Positions 7,263-14,471 of a stretch of 16,658 nt of DNA are shown piece by piece. The notes under the pieces were generated by a model, which saw only the letters and a list, made by a program, of their open reading frames with translations, searched no databases and was not told where the DNA came from. Origin of the DNA: Deltaproteobacteria bacterium (GTDB lineage: Bacteria > Myxococcota_A > UBA9160 > SMWR01). Every line of letters begins with the position of its first letter. Positions within the stretch are counted from its first letter, which is position 1. A program made the position numbers and the translations under genes. Location of the stretch: NCBI GenBank assembly GCA_032128375.1, contig JAQBGU010000016.1, forward strand, positions 1 to 16,658. Direction: 5' to 3'.

Positions 7263-8635
7263 GCCCCACCGTCTCGCAGGGAGATGGCGTGCTGGTCCGA
7301 CACGACCAGCAGCGTGAGGTCGTCTCTGAGATCGAGCCTGCTGACACTATCCACGATGGCGCTCACTCTCTTTGCCGGTGCAACGTGCTGAAAATCGCAG
7401 ACCAGCCTCTCCAGGCCCTCGCGGCCCAGTTGCTTCCCCGACTCATCGGCAGCTTCGGTCAAACCGTCCGAAAAAATGTATAGCGAGCCGCCTCGCATAT
7501 CGAGTTCGGTCTCCGGGAAATCGCCGTTCGCGATGATCCCCAGCGGGGGGGCTTGCGCGTCGAAGACCGTAAACGCGCCTTCGGCGTGACATACGGCTGG
7601 CTCGTGTCCGGCATTGGCAAGGCATACGACGCCGGTCTGCGGGTCGTATACACCGGCCGACATCGTTACGAACATACCGCGGGTCGCGGTCTCACAGATT
7701 TCGTCGTTGAGTTGCCGCAGCAGTTCTCCGGGCCGTGGAATGGTCTTCGCCAGGCAGCGGTACAGGCTCGCCGTCTTCGCCATCAGCAATGCCGCGTTGA
7801 TTCCCTTACCCGATACGTCCCCGAGACAGAATGCGAAGCGCCCATCGAGCGGCAGGATATCGAAGAAGTCGCCCGACACGGTGCGCGCGGGGATGTTCAT
7901 GCCTTGAACGGGAAACGGGTCCGGCCGTTTGGGCGGCAGCAGATTGCGTTGGATTTCAGCGGCGAGTTCGAGTTCGCGGCGAACGCGTTGGGCTTCGACC
8001 AGAGAGGCGGCCATCCGGTTGTTGGCAATCGCCAGTGCAGCCGACGAGGCGAGGACCTGGAGTGGATGCACGTCCTTTTGCGCGAAGTAGCCGCCATCGC
8101 TCTTCTTGTTGATGAGCTCGATCGCTCCGATCTTCCGGCCGGAAAAACTCATCGGCGCGCACAACAGCGAACGTGTGACCATGCCCGATTCGTCGTCTGC
8201 CTTGCTCGAGAAGGCCTCGTCCTGGCTGACGTCGAATACGCATTGGCACGCGTTTTCCATCACGCTTCGGCCCACGATCCCCTGGGTCATGCCGAGCGTC
8301 ATGCCGACGATGGGGTTGGGACCGACACACGCGCGGCAGGAAATTTCTTCGCTCTCGAGATCGAGCAGCCACAGAGAACCCGCCTCGGCGTCGAGGTGCC
8401 GAGCTACCGATGCCAGCGCCCTTTCCAACGTGGCGTCGAGATCCATCGAACTCGCGAAGCCCTGCGTCATCTCTGCTAGCAGTTCGAAGGCGTCTTCGAG
8501 ATTGCGCGTTCCGTCGACGTCGAGCTCCGGCGTCACGGTACTGGCACCCTGCTCGTCAGGAACTCGAACTTCGCTCAATGCTGCGGACCTCTGAATGCGC
8601 GTCGCAAAATTCTCATTGTCGCTGCGCGAAGCCAT
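7259..8635 (-). CDS. GAF + SpoIIE/PP2C serine phosphatase (RsbU-like)
   Basis: GAF domain (GIVGRSV..., TRSLLCAPM, IGAIELINK), linker ELELAAEIQRNLLP, and PP2C motifs VSGDFFD, GDVSGKG, ANAGHEP, FSDGLTEA and DDLTLLVV. Confidence 0.93.
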   Translation of the reverse strand: MASRSDNENFATRIQRSAALSEVRVPDEQGASTVTPELDVDGTRNLEDAFELLAEMTQGFASSMDLDATLERALASVARHLDAEAGSLWLLDLESEEISCRACVGPNPIVGMTLGMTQGIVGRSVMENACQCVFDVSQDEAFSSKADDESGMVTRSLLCAPMSFSGRKIGAIELINKKSDGGYFAQKDVHPLQVLASSAALAIANNRMAASLVEAQRVRRELELAAEIQRNLLPPKRPDPFPVQGMNIPARTVSGDFFDILPLDGRFAFCLGDVSGKGINAALLMAKTASLYRCLAKTIPRPGELLRQLNDEICETATRGMFVTMSAGVYDPQTGVVCLANAGHEPAVCHAEGAFTVFDAQAPPLGIIANGDFPETELDMRGGSLYIFSDGLTEAADESGKQLGREGLERLVCDFQHVAPAKRVSAIVDSVSRLDLRDDLTLLVVSDQHAISLRDGGA

Positions 8636-8724
8636 CGACCAACAGCGACACAGCGTAGCTGACTCCCGAATCCATGCCGGTTGTTGTCGAAACGGGCAAG
8701 GTCGTCACGGAGCAGTAGGGTCCC

Positions 8725-9133
8725 GTGGTATTCTCGGCGGGTGATCTCGATTCGGCCAATGATCGTGTTTGCGTGTGGGGCAGCTCCAAAGCCTTCACAG
8801 GCGCCTGAACGGCCCAACTCACCTCGCTGCGGGACAGCGAGAAGGCCCTCGGCGAATTCGACGTACCAATTTTCAGGGTGAGTCTCGATTCGCCCGAGCG
8901 CAATCGATCATTCGCGAAGTCGATGAGTGCCGACCTAACACTTCAGCGACCCCGGCGAATCGCGCGCCTATGGAGTGCTTGCAGCCGGTGGAGACCACGC
9001 GAGGCGCTGGAGCTTCTACATCGCTCCGTCCGGCGAAATCCGACGCATCGATCGTGACGTTCGCCCTGGGTCCTACGGTTCGGACCTGCTGCGAACGCTC
9101 GAGGAACCCGGTTTCGGCAAAGAGTCGCAGTAG
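8725..9133 (+). pseudogene. Degraded selenocysteine-type BCP/AhpC-TSA peroxiredoxin
   Basis: Frame +1 reads ...WGSSKAFTGA-TGA(8806-8808)-TAQLTSLRDSEKALGEFDVPIFRVSLDSPERNRSFAKSMSADLTL. After a frame change near 8944, frame +2 reads SDPGESRAYGVLAAGGDHARRWSFYIAPSGEIRRIDRDVRPGSYGSDLLRTLEEPGFGKESQ*. This follows the BCP pattern PKAFTxxC-T...VSxD...FA...LSD...AYGV...R.TF.I...G.I. The N-terminus is degenerate with an in-frame TAG at 8716, so the 5' boundary is approximate. Confidence 0.75.
8823..8841 (+). promoter_or_regulatory. Putative bacterial SECIS hairpin of the peroxiredoxin remnant
   Basis: CTCGCTG-CGGGA-CAGCGAG, a perfect 7-bp stem starting 14 nt after the UGA. GGCC (8811-8814) could also pair with GGCC (8844-8847). 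Confidence 0.6.
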
Positions 9134-9137
9134 CGGG

Positions 9138-9776
9138 TTAACCGAGCTGCTGCTGAATCGCCTTTTCGAACGCGTCGACGTCGAACCCCCACGGACCCAT
9201 GCCGCTCCGGTAGCGGATGGTCCCCTCCCGGTCGATTACGTACAAGCGCTCGGGTAACGCCGCATAGGCGGTGTCGACTTCGTTGCTCAGCCGATCGAGA
9301 AGCATCGGCATCTTCAACTCCAAGCCGATCGCGCAGGCTTCGGCGACTTCCGCCCTATCCTGCTCGGTCTTGGGCTGGTCGAAGACCACCTGGTCGTCGA
9401 TGTTCATCAGGACCTGCCAACCATCGGTTGGGTGAGCTTCCTGGATATACACACAGAAAATGTCGACATCATCTTTGTACGTCGAGTAGATCGTGTTCAG
9501 GCGTCCAGCCTGAATTCGAAACGGAGGTCAGGTATAGGAGCCGAAGATCAGACCGACAGGACGGCCCCGTAGGCTGGACAACTTCAAAGTCTCCTCGGTG
9601 AGCGCGCCCTTGTCGTCGAGCCGCTTCAATTCGAAATCTGGAGCGAGCGTTCCGACCGGGGGAGCCAGCTCCTCGCGGGCATCCTGCTGGGCCGAGATCT
9701 CCAGGAAACGCTCCTTGGTGATGTTCATCTTCTTCCAGATTTCGGGCGGAATCTTGTCGGGGTCGATTCTCGGCAT
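9138..9776 (-). CDS. Iodothyronine deiodinase-like selenoprotein (thioredoxin fold), 212 aa, Sec83 encoded by TGA at 9528-9530
   Basis: The 3' part of ORF 9528..10502 and ORF 9138..9452 are in one frame, separated only by TGA: MPRIDP...APDFEL...GRPVGLIFGSYT-U-PPFRIQAGRLNTIYSTYKDDVDIFCVYIQEAHPTDGW...AYAALPERLYVI...YRSGMGPWGF. These segments correspond to the deiodinase motifs FGSCT-U-PxF, YIEEAHxSDGW and YAALPERLY. A GGAGG SD lies upstream of the ATG at 9776. Confidence 0.9.
9496..9514 (-). promoter_or_regulatory. Putative bacterial SECIS hairpin of the deiodinase-like gene
   Basis: mRNA UUCAGGC-UGGAC-GCCUGAA, a perfect 7-bp stem starting 13 nt after the UGA. It can extend through UCG/CGA across a 2x2 internal loop. 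Confidence 0.7.
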
Positions 9777-10089
9777 GGGGGTTGTGTGCCTCCCTTCTTC
9801 ATTTTCCAACTTGCGGGGTTCGAACCTCCAGCCCCGCTTTCGTGGACAGGCCCGCATTCTGGCAGACTGGGCGATGACAATGATGCCACATCTGCGCCGC
9901 ATGAGTGCGTCCGGCATCGACTTCATCGAGCCGACCCTGCCACGAGCTGGCCAAGGCGCTGATGATTGGTTTTGGCCCGGGATCGCGATACAAGACACTG
10001 ACAACCCGTCCCAGAAGCCGCGGCGGGATCCAATCTGTGGGTTCGCGTCGATCTGCGAAGGGATAGGGGAATGAGGAAAGGAGCAAGCC

Positions 10090-10899
10090 ATGACCGCTCG
10101 TTTCGAGCTTCCGACCGCACACCCGAACGTGGCACTCGTGACCATCGACCGGGCGGACCGCGCGAACTCGCTCGATCCCGCGACACTGCGCGACCTGGCA
10201 TCCGCTTGGAACCGAATCGCATCGGACGATGAGATTCGCTGTGCGGTATTGACTGGAGCCGGCGAGAAAATTTTCTGCTCCGGGATGGACATGAAGACGA
10301 CGATTCCTGCGGCGCAACGGTTCGCTCGCGGAGAACGGGTCGAACCCGAAGAGTTCGAAGGGCTGCGAGCTGTTTCTACGGCGCTGCTGGCAGGCTTCGA
10401 TCTGCGGACTCCACTCGTCTGCGCGATCAACGGCCACGCGCGCGCGGGAGGGCTCGACATGATGCTCGCGTCCGAGATGCGTTTCGCGGTCCCGCACGCC
10501 ACCTTCGCACTCGAAGAGGTCGCGCTCGGGCTCTATCCCACGGGCAACGCCACGGTGCTACTCCCGAAACAGATCGGCTGGGTACACAGCCAGGAACTGC
10601 TACTGACCGCAAAGCCGATCGACGCTGAGCGGGCCGCCGAGATCGGCCTCGTGAACCGGGTCGTCGAACCCGCCGAGCTGCTCTCGACCGCGTTCGAAGC
10701 CGCGGATGCGATCGCGGCGAACGCACCGATCGCGGTCCGCGAGACGCGTCGAGGTGTGCGAGAGGTCATGCACCTGTCGCTCGAAGAGGCGTATCGCCGT
10801 CAGGAAGAACTGGGCAAACCGCTCCGCGCGACCAAGGACGCGGCAGAGGCTGTGCGCGCATTCGCCGAGAAGCGCAAGCCGGTTTGGCAGGGCTGCTAG
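10090..10899 (+). CDS. Enoyl-CoA hydratase/isomerase (crotonase) family protein
   Basis: Motifs FCSGMDM, PLVCAINGHARAGG, FALEEVALGLYP, ELLLTAKPIDA and AFAEKRKPVW. AGGAG SD upstream. Confidence 0.93.
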   Translation: MTARFELPTAHPNVALVTIDRADRANSLDPATLRDLASAWNRIASDDEIRCAVLTGAGEKIFCSGMDMKTTIPAAQRFARGERVEPEEFEGLRAVSTALLAGFDLRTPLVCAINGHARAGGLDMMLASEMRFAVPHATFALEEVALGLYPTGNATVLLPKQIGWVHSQELLLTAKPIDAERAAEIGLVNRVVEPAELLSTAFEAADAIAANAPIAVRETRRGVREVMHLSLEEAYRRQEELGKPLRATKDAAEAVRAFAEKRKPVWQGC

Positions 10900-10976
10900 T
10901 GAACGGGCTGCTAGGCTCGGAATCGGCTCTCGTTTCGAAGAGAAAGAGCTGCGATCCGAAGACACGCGATGGAACC

Positions 10977-11060
10977 ATGAAGTTGATGACAAGAAGTTGA
11001 TAACAAGAAATGGCAAACACGAAATGGCAAACAAGAAGTTGAAGACTGGAAGTTGGAGGA
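10977..11060. repeat. Six degenerate 14-bp tandem repeats, intergenic
   Basis: Units are ATGAAGTTGATGAC / AAGAAGTTGATAAC / AAGAAATGGCAAAC / ACGAAATGGCAAAC / AAGAAGTTGAAGAC / TGGAAGTTGGAGGA. Confidence 0.85.
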
Positions 11061-11063
11061 AAG

Positions 11064-12002
11064 ATGAAGTTCGACAACCGTCTGACCCAGATGCTGGGCA
11101 TAGAGATCCCGATCGTGCAGGCCCCGATGGGTTGGATCGCCCGTTCTCAGTTGGCATCCGCGGTCTCGAATGCCGGAGCGCTAGGCATCATCGAAACGTC
11201 GTCTGGGCAACTCGACGCGGTGCGCGAAGAGATCCTCGAGATGCGCAAACTCACGGACCGACCGTTCGGTGTGAATATCGCCCAGGCGTTCGTGCGTGAC
11301 CCGGACATCGTGAAGTTCGTGATCGACCAGGGTGTGAAATTCGTGACGACATCCGCCGGCAATCCACAGCAGTACACGCAACAGCTGAAGGACGCCGGGC
11401 TGACGGTGTTTCATGTCGTGCCATCCCTGCGCGGGGCGCTCAAGGCAGTGGATGCCGGTGTCGACGGCCTAGTCGTCGAGGGAGGCGAGGGTGGAGGGTT
11501 CAAGAACCCGCGCGAAGTCTCGACGATGGTGCTGGTTCCGTTGATCCGCTCGAAGGTCGATGTCCCGATTATCGCCGCCGGCGGGATCTGCGACGGTCCG
11601 ACGATGGCCGCTGCATTTGCGCTCGGCGCCGAAGGTGTACAGATGGGAACGCGAATGGTCTCCGCCGCCGAGTCTCCCGTCCACGAAGAATGGAAGCAAG
11701 CGATCGTTTATGCCGCGGAGACCGACACCGTGTTCATCAAGAATGATCACGGTCCGGCTCTACGCGCGCTGAGAACCGCGACGACCGAGAGACTCGAACG
11801 CGGTGAGGGAAACCCGATGGCCGTGCTCGGTGGTGGTGTCGAGAAAGTCTACTTCGGGGGCGATCTGGAGGCCGGGGTCGCACTCACCGGCCAGGTGGCC
11901 GGACGCATCGAGAGCGTCAAGCCGGTCGCACAGATCATCGAGGAAATGACGCGCGGCTACTTCGAAACCGTCGAGCGGCTGGCGAAGGAAGCACGTAACT
12001 AG
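11064..12002 (+). CDS. Nitronate monooxygenase / FabK-like FMN-dependent oxidoreductase
   Basis: Motifs PIVQAPMG, LASAVSNAGALG, RPFGVN, EGGEGGG, PIIAAGGI.DG, ALGAEGVQMGTR and GQVAGRI. GGAGG SD upstream. Confidence 0.92.
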   Translation: MKFDNRLTQMLGIEIPIVQAPMGWIARSQLASAVSNAGALGIIETSSGQLDAVREEILEMRKLTDRPFGVNIAQAFVRDPDIVKFVIDQGVKFVTTSAGNPQQYTQQLKDAGLTVFHVVPSLRGALKAVDAGVDGLVVEGGEGGGFKNPREVSTMVLVPLIRSKVDVPIIAAGGICDGPTMAAAFALGAEGVQMGTRMVSAAESPVHEEWKQAIVYAAETDTVFIKNDHGPALRALRTATTERLERGEGNPMAVLGGGVEKVYFGGDLEAGVALTGQVAGRIESVKPVAQIIEEMTRGYFETVERLAKEARN

Positions 12003-12055
12003 AAACGCCACCCGGACCAGAGCAGTCATACATCCCTTCCGACGAGAGATCGAAA

Positions 12056-12459
12056 ATGCGCAAGAAAATCAAGAACCTGAGACATTTCGCATCATCGGTA
12101 GGCTCGAAGAGGAGGAGACGGGTCATCCACTCCCGAACCTGATCGTTCGCGCGTTCGATCGCGATTTGATTGTGGATGACAAGGTCGGCTTTGCGGCGAC
12201 CGATGACGATGGACGATTCGAGATTCGCTTTGGCCCCGAGATGTTCCGCGAGGTTTTCGAGTCCCGCCCAGACCTGTATCTGCGAATCTACGACCAGGCC
12301 GGAACGAGACTTCTCCACGAGACGATCCGCTGGAACGCTGAGCACCTGGAGCGATTCGAAGTGAAATTCCGGCGCGCGCCCTCGATCCGCTTCGCTGAGC
12401 GCACGTCTGAGGCCCCAATCCGGAGAAGCGAGGGGAAATTTGCGGGACTCGACAGCTAG
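12056..12459 (+). pseudogene. Small transthyretin-like / carboxypeptidase-regulatory-like beta-sandwich protein with a disconnected start (frameshift or non-canonical start)
   Basis: Frame +1 reads ETFRIIGRLEEEETGHPLPNLIVRAFDRDLIVDDKVGFAATDDDGRFEIRF...SRPDLYLRIYD, so the domain begins well upstream of the TTG at 12166. There is no in-frame ATG/GTG/TTG back to the stop at 11947. The nearby ATG at 12056 is in frame +2. Confidence 0.55.
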
Positions 12460-12650
12460 CAGCCCGACCCAGGGTGGATCGGGCGACGACGTGGAAGCTT
12501 TGGCCGCGCAGCGGCGACCGCGCACTGGTACGTGAAACTCACTATCTCGAAAGCCCTTCGCTAGCCAGGCCGTTCGAATTCTGTCACTGTGTTGCTCCGC
12601 AGATCACACACCGGTGCGCCGCTCAGGCCAGCTCATCGCGAGGTCGCGCC

Positions 12651-14471
12651 TTGTCATTCGAGCAGAACCGCCAACTCACCGAGCGCAGACCCCCGCTCGA
12701 AACCGCAGCTGAAATCGACGCGGTCACTGCAGGAATCATTCGGGGTGCGTTCGAGACGATCTGTTACGAAGTCGCAACCCATCTCGGGCGTTCCGCCTCG
12801 TCGGCGATCATCAACCAGAGCAGCGAGCGGAATGCGAGCATCATGGACGGGCAAGGGCGATTGGCGGGGTTGTCGGTCGGCATTCCGCAGCTGCTGTTCA
12901 TCTCGCCGATGTCGGTTCGTTTTGGCTTGATGCACCGTGCGGCGGACGACTGGGGACCCGGGGACGTATTTGTCGGTAACGATCCTGACGCTGGCGGCGG
13001 GCATCTGCCCGACTACAACGTGTATGCCCCGGTTTTCGACCGGGCGGGCGAGATCGTCGCGATCCAGGCCCTACAGGCTCATCAAGGTGACACCGGCGGC
13101 AAAGATGCCGGTGGCTTCTCGGTCGATGCGATGGAGATCTACGCGGAAGGCTTGATTATTCCACGCATCAAACTCGTCCATCGCGGCGAGCCGCGCAACG
13201 ACGTCCTGGCGATGATCGAGCGCAACAACCGCTTTGCGTCGTTTGGGGGCGACATCAAGGCGATGATTTCGGGGACCCAGCTGGGTGTTCGCCGCATCGA
13301 AGCACTGATGGAGAAATACGGTACCCCGATCGTCCGAGCGGCGATCAACTTCAATATCGCCGAGACCGAGCGACGTTTTCGAGAGCAGGTGAGCCGGTGG
13401 CCCGACGGAAATTATCCAGCCGATGTCTGGATCGACCAGGACACGGCCGGTAACAAGGATGTCCACGTACATGTCGACTGCATCGTCGCCGGCGACCAGT
13501 TGACGATCGACATGACGGGAAGTGACGCGCGTCCTGAACTCGTTTGTGTCTGGAACACGTTTTCCAATACGCGTGGTTACGCGATGGCGCAACTCGCGTC
13601 GATGGTCGACCCGACGATTCCCAAGAACGAAGGGCTTTTCGACGCCGTGGAGTTGATCGTGCCCGAAGGATCGATTCTTCAGCCACCTCCGAACAAGCCT
13701 GCCGCGCTCGGTGCATTTCACCCGGCAGTCGAGGTCGGCGAGGCGATTTGTATCGCGCTGTCGGAAATTCTACCCGACCGATCTTCGCCACAGGTTTACA
13801 AGCTCGGCATGCCCAACGCGGTGATCGGTTTCGACAAAGATGGCGTGATGTGGATGGACCAGGGCGTCGATGTCCGCTCGTCAGACGCGTCGGCGACCCA
13901 GGGCGTCGACGGCTGGGGGGCCATGTGCAGTGGTCTCGGGAACCTGATCCTCGCCACCGCAGAGGAAGCCGAGAGCCGCTTCCCAGTCGTCAACCTGGCA
14001 CGCCAGATGACGACCGATACCGGTGGTGCGGGCCGCTGGCGCGGCCAACCTGGCACGCTCAACATCAAACAAGTCCGCGAGCCGTTCTCCGCGGTCGCGC
14101 GAATGGTTTCGATCAAGCACCCGCTGCGCGGCCTGCAGGGAGGTGACGACGGCAGCCCGTACCAGAGCCGGTTTCTGGTCGGGACGCCCGACGAGTACGA
14201 AATCGAGAACGCAGAGCAGCGACAGATGCCGGCTGATGCGGTGCTCGCCTATCAGTACGGCGGTGGCGGTGGATTCGGAAACCCACTGCTTCGCGATCCC
14301 GACGCTGTGCGCGAAGACGCACTCGATGAATACGTGAGTATCGAGGCTGCGCGGGAGCGGTATGGTGTGGTGCTGATCGGCTCGGCAGAAGCGTGCGACA
14401 TCGCAGTCGATCTCGATGCCACTCGAAAACTCCGCGAGAAACTCGCGATCGATCGCGGGACCTCCACATGA
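12651..14471 (+). CDS. Hydantoinase B/oxoprolinase family protein
   Basis: Motifs NDPDAGGGHLPD, HQGDTGG, EGLIIP, GGAGRWRG and GGGGFGNPLLRDP...V.EDA..EYVS..AARERYGV. The start is placed at TTG 12651, which has a GAGGT SD 6 nt upstream. Confidence 0.9.
   Translation: MSFEQNRQLTERRPPLETAAEIDAVTAGIIRGAFETICYEVATHLGRSASSAIINQSSERNASIMDGQGRLAGLSVGIPQLLFISPMSVRFGLMHRAADDWGPGDVFVGNDPDAGGGHLPDYNVYAPVFDRAGEIVAIQALQAHQGDTGGKDAGGFSVDAMEIYAEGLIIPRIKLVHRGEPRNDVLAMIERNNRFASFGGDIKAMISGTQLGVRRIEALMEKYGTPIVRAAINFNIAETERRFREQVSRWPDGNYPADVWIDQDTAGNKDVHVHVDCIVAGDQLTIDMTGSDARPELVCVWNTFSNTRGYAMAQLASMVDPTIPKNEGLFDAVELIVPEGSILQPPPNKPAALGAFHPAVEVGEAICIALSEILPDRSSPQVYKLGMPNAVIGFDKDGVMWMDQGVDVRSSDASATQGVDGWGAMCSGLGNLILATAEEAESRFPVVNLARQMTTDTGGAGRWRGQPGTLNIKQVREPFSAVARMVSIKHPLRGLQGGDDGSPYQSRFLVGTPDEYEIENAEQRQMPADAVLAYQYGGGGGFGNPLLRDPDAVREDALDEYVSIEAARERYGVVLIGSAEACDIAVDLDATRKLREKLAIDRGTST

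Noticed and set aside
8613..8903. 96-aa minus-strand ORF and the overlapping 8769..9257 plus-strand ORF
   Set aside because: They have no recognisable motifs and are shadows of the peroxiredoxin remnant in other frames.
9811..9840. GGTTCGAACC resembling a tRNA T-loop inside a GCGGGG...CCCCGC hairpin followed by TTT
   Set aside because: No cloverleaf, acceptor stem or CCA can be built. It has no clear intact plus-strand gene to terminate, so at most it is a 5'-leader hairpin of the deiodinase-like gene.
9937..9954. Sigma54-like GG-N10-GC on the minus strand (TTGGCCAGCTCGTGGCAG)
   Set aside because: It only partly matches TGGCAC-N5-TTGC, and such matches are common by chance in GC-rich DNA.
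9528..10502. 324-aa minus-strand ORF treated as one gene
   Set aside because: Only the last 82 codons (from ATG 9776, with a GGAGG SD) look protein-like and belong to the selenoprotein. The rest is antisense to the crotonase gene and intergenic DNA.
10977..11060. Possible CRISPR array
   Set aside because: The units are only 14 bp, contiguous and degenerate, with no unique spacers and no cas genes.
12474..12650. N-terminal extension of hydantoinase B (and the 14393-14467 extension of hydantoinase A)
   Set aside because: There is no family similarity. Better-supported starts exist at TTG 12651 (with SD) and ATG 14468 (ATGA coupling).
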